Positions 40,486 through 49,123 of a stretch of DNA of 59,406 bases are shown here, in pieces. This stretch comes from an uncultured bacterium (GTDB taxonomy: Bacteria; Omnitrophota; Gorgyraeia; Ghiorseimicrobiales; Ghiorseimicrobiaceae). The translations under genes were made by a program, and so were the position numbers. The DNA is taken from contig CAJVXN010000008.1 of NCBI GenBank assembly GCA_913009335.1, positions 1-59,406 on the forward strand, read 5' to 3'. A model generated the notes under the pieces. That model had not been told where the DNA came from. It made no database searches and saw only the letters and a program-made list of their open reading frames with translations. Numbering within the stretch: the first letter of the stretch is position 1; every line of letters starts with the position of its first letter.

Positions 40486-41294
40486 CTTCTAGAAGAATAG
40501 CTAGTTCATTATTTTTAATTGCATTATGCGCTGTAGGCATATTGGTTAATTGGGTGTTTGGGGCTTTGATTATATTTTTCGTTGTAGCGGGCCTGTATGA
40601 ATTTTTTACTCTCGTTGAGAAGAAGGGTATCCAGATATATAAATATTTCGGCATTATTATCGGCACACTCATTCCTTTGTCGGTTTATTTTTCGGTATTT
40701 AGAGGTTTTGAACTTACAAGGAAATGGGAGTTGTTATTTATTGTTTTGCTTTTTGTCGTAATCTTCTTGATCCAGTTCACCCGTCGGGATAACAGGGGCG
40801 CGGTTGAGGGTGTTTCTACTTTATTATTCGGTATACTTTATATAGCCTGGCTTTTTAGTTTTCTTATTAAGCTAAGAGGTTTACCTAACGGCTTAGGATT
40901 AATAGCAACGCTTTTATTAATAACTAAATCCGGAGATATCGGGGCATATTTAATAGGCACAAAGTGGGGTAAGCACAGGCTTATTAAGCGCATTAGCCCT
41001 AAAAAATCAATTGAAGGGTCTATAGGCGGTATTGTATTTTCCGCTCTTGCGGCTATGGCAAGTAAATTATTTATCCCAGGATTTTCTTATGTTCATCTAT
41101 TACTAATGGGTATGTTTTTAGGTGTATTGGGGCAATTAGGGGATCTTTCTGAATCTTTGATTAAGCGTGATTGCCAGACAAAAGATTCCGGAGCGGTCGT
41201 TCCCGGCATGGGGGGGATATTAGATGTAATAGATAGCTTGTTGTTTACCGCCCCCGCGTTTTATTTTTATATGAGTATATTTATAATACAATAG
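40482..41294 (+). CDS. cdsA: Phosphatidate cytidylyltransferase
   Basis: Motifs ISPKKSIEG, GDLSESLIKR and KDSG..PGMGGILD. Confidence 0.96.
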   Translation: MTSRRIASSLFLIALCAVGILVNWVFGALIIFFVVAGLYEFFTLVEKKGIQIYKYFGIIIGTLIPLSVYFSVFRGFELTRKWELLFIVLLFVVIFLIQFTRRDNRGAVEGVSTLLFGILYIAWLFSFLIKLRGLPNGLGLIATLLLITKSGDIGAYLIGTKWGKHRLIKRISPKKSIEGSIGGIVFSALAAMASKLFIPGFSYVHLLLMGMFLGVLGQLGDLSESLIKRDCQTKDSGAVVPGMGGILDVIDSLLFTAPAFYFYMSIFIIQ

Positions 41295-41306
41295 GAAAAA
41301 TAATTT

Positions 41307-42458
41307 ATGCCTAAGCTAAAAAAACAAGTAATTATATTGGGTTCAACCGGTTCAATCGGAAAGAACACATTAGATGTTATATCGCGCAATAGGAGTAGAT
41401 TTTCGGTTTTAGGGTTATCTGCTAATTCTAATACTCGAGCGCTGTTTAAACAAATCCGTAAATTTAAGCCTAGATATGTAGCAGTTACTAATATAGATAA
41501 AGCTAGAGAGTTAGAGAAAAAACTAGATAGTAAGATAAAGGTTTTAAAGGGGGATAAAGGTTTAGCGCGCATGGTTGCTCAAAAGAGCGATATCGTAGTT
41601 ATGGCAATGGGCGGAAGTAGTGCTTTATTGCCGATGTTAAAGGCAGTTGAGGCAACCAAGTGTATTGCCCTGGCAAATAAAGAAGCCTTAGTTATGGCCG
41701 GAGCATTAATAATGAAGAAGGCAAAGCAAAAAAAGGTTGCCATCATCCCTATTGATAGTGAGCAGAGCGCGATATTCCAATGCATAAGGTCTAAGGACCG
41801 TTCTTTTATAAGCAAGATTTATCTAACAGCTTCCGGAGGCCCCCTTAAGGATATCTCTGCTGCTAAACTAAAATATGTAACGCCTGAGCGCGCTATTAAT
41901 CATCCTCGCTGGAAGATGGGCAAAAAAATCTCCATTGATTCGGCAACGTTGATGAATAAGGGGTTGGAATTGATTGAAGCGATGTGGCTGTTTAATTTGC
42001 CCGCTGATAAAATAGATATATTAGTGCACAAGCAATCGATTATGCATTCTATGGTTGAGTTTATAGATGGATCGGCTCTGGCTCAATTAGCAATACCGGA
42101 TATGCGTATACCAATACAATATTCCCTGACTTATCCGGAGCGCCTTAGTTCCGGTATCCAAAGATTAGACCTTACAAGATTTAAGAATTTAACATTCGAG
42201 AAGCCTGATTATAAGAAGTTTCCCTGTTTAAGGCTTGCTCGTAACGCCGCAAAGCTTGCGGGAAGCGCTCCTTGTGTATTAAATGCCGCAAACGAAGAAG
42301 CGGTTAAGGCTTTTTTAGATAAACGCATAAACTTTACGGACATACCAAAAGTTATTGGAAAGGTATTAAAAAAGCATCGTTTAGTAAAGCATCCGAATTT
42401 GGCACAAATTTTAGAAATAGATTCTTGGGCAAGAGGAGAGGTGAAATGTCTTTTTTAA
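41307..42458 (+). CDS. dxr: 1-deoxy-D-xylulose-5-phosphate reductoisomerase
   Basis: Motifs LGSTGSIG, LANKE, PIDSEQSA and WKMGKKISIDSAT. Confidence 0.98.
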   Translation: MPKLKKQVIILGSTGSIGKNTLDVISRNRSRFSVLGLSANSNTRALFKQIRKFKPRYVAVTNIDKARELEKKLDSKIKVLKGDKGLARMVAQKSDIVVMAMGGSSALLPMLKAVEATKCIALANKEALVMAGALIMKKAKQKKVAIIPIDSEQSAIFQCIRSKDRSFISKIYLTASGGPLKDISAAKLKYVTPERAINHPRWKMGKKISIDSATLMNKGLELIEAMWLFNLPADKIDILVHKQSIMHSMVEFIDGSALAQLAIPDMRIPIQYSLTYPERLSSGIQRLDLTRFKNLTFEKPDYKKFPCLRLARNAAKLAGSAPCVLNAANEEAVKAFLDKRINFTDIPKVIGKVLKKHRLVKHPNLAQILEIDSWARGEVKCLF

Positions 42459-43519
42459 TTTTTATTGTTTGTATAAGCATACTTATTTTCATACATGAAC
42501 TTGGGCATTTTATTGCTGCTAGACGTGCAGGAGTAACAGTAGAAGTGTTTTCTTTAGGGTTTGGCCCTAAGCTCCTGACTCGTAAAAAAGGTGATACTAT
42601 CTATCAGCTATGCGCTATTCCTTTAGGGGGATATATAAAGATGGCAGGAGATAGCCGCAAAGAATGTACGGGTAAGAGTAATGAGTATTTATCTTCTTCC
42701 TGCGGGCATCGCGCCAGTATTGTTGTCTCCGGAGGGATATTAAATTATTTGCTAGGTTTTATATGTTTTTCTGTCGCACTTGTTTTTGGTATACCTGATT
42801 ATTCCAGTACAGTAGGAACATTATTGGAGGGCTATCCCGCGCAAGAGGCGGGTTTATTGCCGGGAGATAAAATAGTTTCTATTGATGATAAGAAAATATC
42901 TTTATGGGGTGAATTAATTACTAATATTCAGGATAAAAATGGGCAGAGTGTCGATATAGACTTAATAAGAGCTGGGGAATTATTAGAGTTAAGAGTATCT
43001 ACTAGGCTAGAAGAGATTGATACGGTAAGAGGGAAAGTTGAAATATCTTTCATTGGTATAGGGCCGGGGTATTTAAAATATGGGATAAAAGATGCTGTTG
43101 TAGTAGGAGCGCGGGAGTATTTAAAATTTACGGCATTTTATTATCGGGCCCTGGGAGATATGCTTACAGGTAAGATATCACTTAAAAAATCCGCAACCGG
43201 CCTTATCGGTATTTATAAAATAACAACAAACGCGGCAAGTATGGGTATGGGGCCGCTGCTTAATGTTTTAGCTATAATTAATCTAGCCCTGGCAATATTT
43301 AATCTTCTGCCTTTTCCCATATTAGACGGAGGGCATCTTCTGCTTATCGGGATTGAAAAAATAAGGGGCAAGCCGATAAGTATTAAAATTGAAGATGCGC
43401 TTAATAAATTAGGCATTACTTTATTAATTTTTTTATTGGTATTTGTTACTATAAACGATTTTGTCAGGTTTGGATTATGGGACGGAATGGTTGTTTTTTT
43501 CAAAGCATTAATTAAATAA
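42446..43519 (+). CDS. rseP: RIP metalloprotease RseP
   Basis: HELGH, PDZ domain, NLLPFPILDGG. Confidence 0.96.
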   Translation: MSFLIFIVCISILIFIHELGHFIAARRAGVTVEVFSLGFGPKLLTRKKGDTIYQLCAIPLGGYIKMAGDSRKECTGKSNEYLSSSCGHRASIVVSGGILNYLLGFICFSVALVFGIPDYSSTVGTLLEGYPAQEAGLLPGDKIVSIDDKKISLWGELITNIQDKNGQSVDIDLIRAGELLELRVSTRLEEIDTVRGKVEISFIGIGPGYLKYGIKDAVVVGAREYLKFTAFYYRALGDMLTGKISLKKSATGLIGIYKITTNAASMGMGPLLNVLAIINLALAIFNLLPFPILDGGHLLLIGIEKIRGKPISIKIEDALNKLGITLLIFLLVFVTINDFVRFGLWDGMVVFFKALIK

Positions 43520-43521
43520 AA

Positions 43522-44634
43522 GTGAAGATTAAAAGAGTCAGAAAAAAGATAATAAAAATCGGCAATGTAAAAATAGGAGGTAATAATCCTATCGCTATTC
43601 AGTCAATGGTTAAGGCTGATACGCGAAACGTCAATGCTGTTATCCGGCAGGTAAAAAATCTTAAAAGCTCTGGCTGCGATATAGTCAGGATTGCGGTTAA
43701 AGATAAGGAATCAGCTCAGGCCATAGCTTGCATAAAGAGAAAGACGGATATTCCAATAGTTGCCGATATACATTTTAGCTATGAGCTAGCGCTTTTATCT
43801 ATAAAAAATGGCGCAGATAAAATAAGATTAAACCCCGGTAATATTTATAAAAAAGATGAGGTGCGCCAGGTAGCTCTTGCTGCCGCGTGCGCCGGTATTC
43901 CTATAAGGGTGGGATTAAACTCCGGGTCAGTAGGAGGGGTTAGAAATAATAGAAAGAGAAAGAACCCGCGAAATTGTAAAACCAATAATCTTATGACGAC
44001 TGCTGCCTTAAGCTATATAAAAATGTTGGAAGGTTTTGGTTTTTACAATATCGTTGTATCGCTTAAGGCCTCGAATATTTTAGATACAATTTACGCGTAT
44101 AAAGAATTTTCTAAGAAATCTAATTATCCTCTGCACTTAGGTATAACTGCAACAGGGTTTCCAAGAGCTGGAATTATTAAATCCGCTATTGGAATAGGGG
44201 CATTGCTTTTGGATGGCATCGGCGATACCTTACGCGTGTCTTTGACAGATGACCCATGTGAAGAAATAATAGCGGCAAAGGATATCCTTTGCGCCCTTAA
44301 TTTAAGGAACTTTGGGCCTGAGATTATAAGTTGCCCTACTTGTGGCAGATGTGAAGTAGATTTAGTAAATATCGTTAAGGATTTAGAAAAAAAACTATTA
44401 AATTCAGAGGCTCGGCGATATAATAAAAGTAGTCGTGTCTTATCTAAACCCACGAAGGTAGCTGTTATGGGGTGTGTAGTTAACGGCCCGGGAGAAGCAA
44501 AGGATGCTGATTTAGGAATTGCCTTTGGTAAAAAAAGCGGACTTTTGTTTAAAAAGGGTAAGGCGTTTAAAAAAATTAAAGAGAGCCAGGCAACAAAAGT
44601 AATTTTAAAAGAGTTAAATGCCCTGATATCTTAA
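43522..44634 (+). CDS. ispG: 4-hydroxy-3-methylbut-2-en-1-yl diphosphate synthase
   Basis: Motifs VADIHF, RLNPGN, ISCPTCGR and VMGCVVNGPGE. Confidence 0.98.
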   Translation: MKIKRVRKKIIKIGNVKIGGNNPIAIQSMVKADTRNVNAVIRQVKNLKSSGCDIVRIAVKDKESAQAIACIKRKTDIPIVADIHFSYELALLSIKNGADKIRLNPGNIYKKDEVRQVALAAACAGIPIRVGLNSGSVGGVRNNRKRKNPRNCKTNNLMTTAALSYIKMLEGFGFYNIVVSLKASNILDTIYAYKEFSKKSNYPLHLGITATGFPRAGIIKSAIGIGALLLDGIGDTLRVSLTDDPCEEIIAAKDILCALNLRNFGPEIISCPTCGRCEVDLVNIVKDLEKKLLNSEARRYNKSSRVLSKPTKVAVMGCVVNGPGEAKDADLGIAFGKKSGLLFKKGKAFKKIKESQATKVILKELNALIS

Positions 44635-44672
44635 CGGGCGCAGGTAGGGTTATGTAAGGGGAAAAGAAAGAT

Positions 44673-45917
44673 ATGCGTTGGAGTAAAAGTTTTATATCGA
44701 CATTAAAAGAAGTGCCGGAAAAAGCAGAGAGTGTGAGCCATAGACTTATGCTGCGTTCAGGCCTTATTCGCATGCTTTTTTCGGGGGCATATTCTTATTT
44801 GCCGTTAGGGCTTAAGGTATTGCGTAATATTGAACAAATTGTCAGAGAAGAGATGGATGCTTGCGGTGCTCAGGAATTGCTTCTGCCCGGTCTTCAACCG
44901 CAGGATCTTTGGGTAAAATCCGGCAGGGATGAGCAGATGGGGCAGACGATGATTAGATTTGTTGATCGCCGGGGAAGAAAAATCTGCCTGGGTCCTACGC
45001 ATGAAGAAGTAATTACGGATGTGGTTAAAAATCAGGTACGCTCCTATAAACAGTTACCCGTTATTTTATATCAGATTCAAACTAAATACAGAGATGAATT
45101 AAGGCCGCGGTTCGGAGTGATGCGGGCCTGTGAATTCATCATGAAAGATGCCTATAGCTTTGATATTGACGATAAAGGGTTGGATAAAAATTATCAGCTG
45201 ATGCTTGAAGCTTATAAAAAGATATTTTCCAGATGCGGCCTTTCGTTTTTAACCACTGAGGCAGATTGTGGAGTTATGGGTGGGAAAGAATCCTGTGAAT
45301 TTATGGTGCCGGCTTCGAGCGGTGAAGATGTTATCCTACATTGTTCTAAATGCAATTTAACAAAGATAAAAGAAGAGGGTTTGGAAAAATGCCCTCAGTG
45401 TAAAGGAGCTTTAGAAGAGCAAACTGTGATTGAAGTGGGGCACGTTTTTAAATTAGGTACAAAATACAGCAAGGTGTCAAATGCTGTTTTTACCGGAGCA
45501 GACGGTAAGATTAAGCCGATTGTAATGGGTTGCTATGGGATAGGGGTTAGCAGGCTAATAGCGGCTATCATAGAACAAAATAATGATAACGACGGTATAA
45601 TATGGCCCAAAGAGGTAAGTCCTTATGATTTATTGGTTGCGCCCTTAAATATTACTGATTCAAAAACAAAAGAAGTTGCGGAAAAAATCTATAAAGAGCT
45701 CTCAATTGAATTTAATGTTTTATTGGATGATAGGGATGAGCGCCCGGGCATGAAATTTAAAGACGCGGATTTAATCGGCATACCTTTAAGGGTTATTATC
45801 GGAGAGAAGAATTTAAAAGCAGGTAAGGTAGAGCTAGTTAAAAGGCAAAATAAGGAGACTTCGTTTGTTGAGTATGATACAGCCGTATCTTGCATTAAGA
45901 AGGAACTGCTGGGTTAA
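44673..45917 (+). CDS. proS: Proline--tRNA ligase, short form without INS editing domain
   Basis: Motifs LGPTHEE, RDELRPRFG and MGCYGIGVSR; 414 aa. Confidence 0.97.
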   Translation: MRWSKSFISTLKEVPEKAESVSHRLMLRSGLIRMLFSGAYSYLPLGLKVLRNIEQIVREEMDACGAQELLLPGLQPQDLWVKSGRDEQMGQTMIRFVDRRGRKICLGPTHEEVITDVVKNQVRSYKQLPVILYQIQTKYRDELRPRFGVMRACEFIMKDAYSFDIDDKGLDKNYQLMLEAYKKIFSRCGLSFLTTEADCGVMGGKESCEFMVPASSGEDVILHCSKCNLTKIKEEGLEKCPQCKGALEEQTVIEVGHVFKLGTKYSKVSNAVFTGADGKIKPIVMGCYGIGVSRLIAAIIEQNNDNDGIIWPKEVSPYDLLVAPLNITDSKTKEVAEKIYKELSIEFNVLLDDRDERPGMKFKDADLIGIPLRVIIGEKNLKAGKVELVKRQNKETSFVEYDTAVSCIKKELLG

Positions 45918-45932
45918 TTATTAAGGAGTAAT

Positions 45933-47204
45933 ATGATGGAACAGAAGCATATTATTAAAGAGAAGATTAAGGAGCAATTACACAAGCGATTACCTGCCAG
46001 TGTGTTTTTACATGATGCCAGTGTTTCCGAGATGGAATTACGCCGCATTATCGCGGAGGCAACAAGTATTGTATTAAGAAAAGATAGGACTATTAAGCTT
46101 TCAGCGGATGAGCAGGGAGTAATAGTTGATGAGATAGTCAATGAGATATTGGGGTTAGGCTCTATTGAGGGCCTACTTTCGGATGAGTCAGTTACAGAGA
46201 TTATGATTAACGGGCCCAAACAGGTATATATTGAGAAGGGCGGGAAACTGGAATTAACCGATATCCATTTTAGAAACGATGAAGAGTTAATGTTTATGAT
46301 TGAAAAGATGCTGGCTCCTTTGGGTCGCCGAGTCAATGAAACTGAACCGTATGTTGACACAAGACTAAAAGACGGTTTCCGGGTAAATATTGTTATTCCT
46401 CCTACTTCTGCGATGGGTCCGGTTATAAGTATTCATAAATTTTCCCATAAGATTTTTTCTGTTGAAGAGCTTATTAAGTTTAAAACCTTAACAAAAGAAG
46501 CAGCGGAATTCTTGCAGGTATGTGTTGCCTCACGATTGAATATTTTAATTTCCGGGGGAACATCTTCCGGGAAGACATCATTATTAAATGTTTTATCATC
46601 ATTTATTCCTAAAGATGAACGTATAATTGTTATTGAAGATACTTTAGAATTAAGGCTTGTGCTTAAGCATGTGGTGCGGCTGGAATCAAAGGCTCCCAAT
46701 ATTGAGGGTAAAGGTGAAATTACCATTCGGGATTTACTAAAGAACTCTCTGCATATGCGTCCGGATAGGATTATTATAGGAGAGATACGCGGAGAAGAAG
46801 TTCTGGATATGCTCCAGACTATGAATACAGGGCATGAAGGTTCAATGACTACCTTGCACGCGAACGCGCCTTATGAGGCTTTAAATAGAATAGAGCTTAT
46901 GGCATTGATGGGGGCGGGGTCGAATGTATCAAGCCAGGTTATTATGCGGCAGATTATCTCCGCGGTAGATTTAATTGTGCATCTTGAGCGTTCAGCAGAA
47001 GGCAGGCGTTGTATAACGCATATTACAGAGGTTGGTAAAGAAAAAACTGATGAGTATGTATTACGAGATATTTTTTGCCTAAAGGATAAAATATCCAACG
47101 ATATTTCCGGAAATAGTGAATTTAGGTCAACGGGCACTGTTCCTTCATTTTACGACAAGTTAAAGCGAAGCGGATATAACAATCCGAATTTCAAGACTAG
47201 ATAA
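45933..47204 (+). CDS. cpaF: CpaF/TadA-family secretion/pilus ATPase
   Basis: Motifs EIMING, GGTSSGKT, IEDTLEL, MRPDRIIIGEIRG and MNTGHEGS. Confidence 0.93.
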   Translation: MMEQKHIIKEKIKEQLHKRLPASVFLHDASVSEMELRRIIAEATSIVLRKDRTIKLSADEQGVIVDEIVNEILGLGSIEGLLSDESVTEIMINGPKQVYIEKGGKLELTDIHFRNDEELMFMIEKMLAPLGRRVNETEPYVDTRLKDGFRVNIVIPPTSAMGPVISIHKFSHKIFSVEELIKFKTLTKEAAEFLQVCVASRLNILISGGTSSGKTSLLNVLSSFIPKDERIIVIEDTLELRLVLKHVVRLESKAPNIEGKGEITIRDLLKNSLHMRPDRIIIGEIRGEEVLDMLQTMNTGHEGSMTTLHANAPYEALNRIELMALMGAGSNVSSQVIMRQIISAVDLIVHLERSAEGRRCITHITEVGKEKTDEYVLRDIFCLKDKISNDISGNSEFRSTGTVPSFYDKLKRSGYNNPNFKTR

Positions 47205-47206
47205 TT

Positions 47207-47686
47207 ATGGATCAAGATGAAGTATGTAATTTAAAAGAGAAAATCAGCCCGTTTATTACTAATGAAGGGTTTGATTTGGTAGAGGTTAAATTATTAACCT
47301 TTGGCAGGCGGAAGGTTTTATCTGTGCTTGCCGATAGATCGAACGGTGGGATTACTATTGGTGAATGCGCCGCGCTTAATAGGAAAATTTCTAACCTTTT
47401 TGAGAAAGAGCCGAATTTATTGGAAGATGATTATCTAGTAGAGGTTTCTTCTCCGGGGCTAGACAGGCCGCTTGCAACAAAGAATGATTTCTTAAAAACC
47501 ATTAATTCTAATTTAAACATATTATTAAATAGTACTATGAAGGCAGCGCAAGGCAAGAAAGAAAAACAAGAATTTGACGGGGAACTTATTGAAGTGAGAG
47601 ATGAAAATATACATCTCAATACAAAAGAAGGAATATTAATTATATCATTGGACAATATTAAAAAAGCAAAACAAATAATTGGATAA
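47207..47686 (+). CDS. rimP: Ribosome maturation factor
   Basis: Motifs GITIGEC and EVSSPGLDRPL; upstream of nusA. Confidence 0.95.
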   Translation: MDQDEVCNLKEKISPFITNEGFDLVEVKLLTFGRRKVLSVLADRSNGGITIGECAALNRKISNLFEKEPNLLEDDYLVEVSSPGLDRPLATKNDFLKTINSNLNILLNSTMKAAQGKKEKQEFDGELIEVRDENIHLNTKEGILIISLDNIKKAKQIIG

Positions 47687-47690
47687 AGTT

Positions 47691-47766
47691 TATCCCGCCG
47701 CTGGCGGGATTAATTCACGTATATAACTTATGTCAACTTCATTTCTATAAGTTATGCGTTTATTGA
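47691..47766 (+). repeat. Bipartite hairpin repeat family A, copy 5
   Basis: tatcccgcc-gct-ggcggga, then ttaattcacgtatataacttat...ataagttatgcgtttattga. Confidence 0.8.
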
Positions 47767-47779
47767 AGGAGAAGAGATA

Positions 47780-49015
47780 ATGAGTGAAGAAATATTAGCA
47801 GTTTTAGAACATATAGAACGAGAAAGAGGGATTAAAAAAGAGGTTTTAATTGAGGCCGTTGAATCCGCCCTTGTGTCTGCGGCAAAGAAAGTGCTTGATG
47901 TCGGGCCGGAACAAGAGCTCAGGGTTGAGTTGGATAGGACCGATGGCGGCATTAAAGTTTTTTTAGATAACAAAAAAGTTAATTCCGTTGAATTCGGCAG
48001 GATTGCGGCTCAGACGGCTAAACAGGTAATAATTCAAAAGATACGCGAGGCGGAGAAAGAAGTTATCTTTCATGATTTCCAAACCAGAGTAGGGGATATT
48101 GCTAGCGGTGGTGTCTATCGCTTTGAAAAGGGTAACATTATAGTTGATCTTTTAGGCAAGGCCGAAGGCCTTCTTCCCAGGAGCGAGCAGTGTCCAAAAG
48201 AAGAATTTAAACAGGGGGACCGTATTAAAGCTTACATACTGGATGTAAAAAAAGAAAGCCGCGGCCCGCAGATAATTCTTTCGCGCGCGCATCCTAATAT
48301 GGTAAAAAAGCTTTTTGAGCTTGAAATCCCGGAAATATACGAAGGAATTGTTGAGATAAGAGCAATTGCGCGTGATCCCGGAGAGCGGACTAAAATCGCT
48401 GTCTGGTCCAAGGATGAGAGGGTTGATTGCGTTGGTGCCTGTGTGGGCATGCGAGGCGCGCGGGTTAAAAATATAGTCAGCGAACTTCAGAATGAAAAGA
48501 TAGATATTGTGCGTTTTAGCCAAGAGCCGCGTGATTATATATCTGCGGCATTGAGTCCGGCAAAGATTTCAGAGATGAAAGTAAATAGGGATAACCAGAC
48601 GGTTGAAGTAATAGTTGAGGATGATCAGCTTTCTTTGGCAATAGGCAAACGCGGACAGAATGTAAGATTGGCATCTCGTCTTACCGGATATACGATTGAT
48701 ATACGCACAAAAGCAATGCTTATTGAATCCGCTAAAGAAGAAGAGGCGGCTAAGCCTAAGCCTAAAGCTAAGGTTAAGCCTAAAGCTAAAGCTAAGGTTA
48801 AGAAGGAAAAGGCAACAAAAGAAAAAGTTGCAATCGATATTGCCAAGCTTCCCGGCATAGGAACAAAGACCGCGGATAATCTAAAGAAAGCAGGATTTAA
48901 AGATATTAAAGCGGTAGCTTCAGCAAGTGCTGATGATTTGGTAGGTGTTCCGGGGGTAGGAGCAAAGACCGCTGAAAAAATTATAAAAGCGGTCAAGGAG
49001 CTCTCTGGGAAATAA
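47780..49015 (+). CDS. nusA: Transcription termination/antitermination factor NusA with C-terminal HhH repeats
   Basis: Motifs FGRIAAQTAKQV, GACVGMRG and AIGKRGQNVRLA; tail LPGIG...VPGVG. Confidence 0.98.
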   Translation: MSEEILAVLEHIERERGIKKEVLIEAVESALVSAAKKVLDVGPEQELRVELDRTDGGIKVFLDNKKVNSVEFGRIAAQTAKQVIIQKIREAEKEVIFHDFQTRVGDIASGGVYRFEKGNIIVDLLGKAEGLLPRSEQCPKEEFKQGDRIKAYILDVKKESRGPQIILSRAHPNMVKKLFELEIPEIYEGIVEIRAIARDPGERTKIAVWSKDERVDCVGACVGMRGARVKNIVSELQNEKIDIVRFSQEPRDYISAALSPAKISEMKVNRDNQTVEVIVEDDQLSLAIGKRGQNVRLASRLTGYTIDIRTKAMLIESAKEEEAAKPKPKAKVKPKAKAKVKKEKATKEKVAIDIAKLPGIGTKTADNLKKAGFKDIKAVASASADDLVGVPGVGAKTAEKIIKAVKELSGK

Positions 49016-49123
49016 AGAAATATATACCGTTAGTAAAAGTTATGGCGTTTGGTTTTGATATATATATTTTAATGAAACTAATTTAATTCATAGTAATCAC
49101 GAATTTATTGGAGATGAATAATT

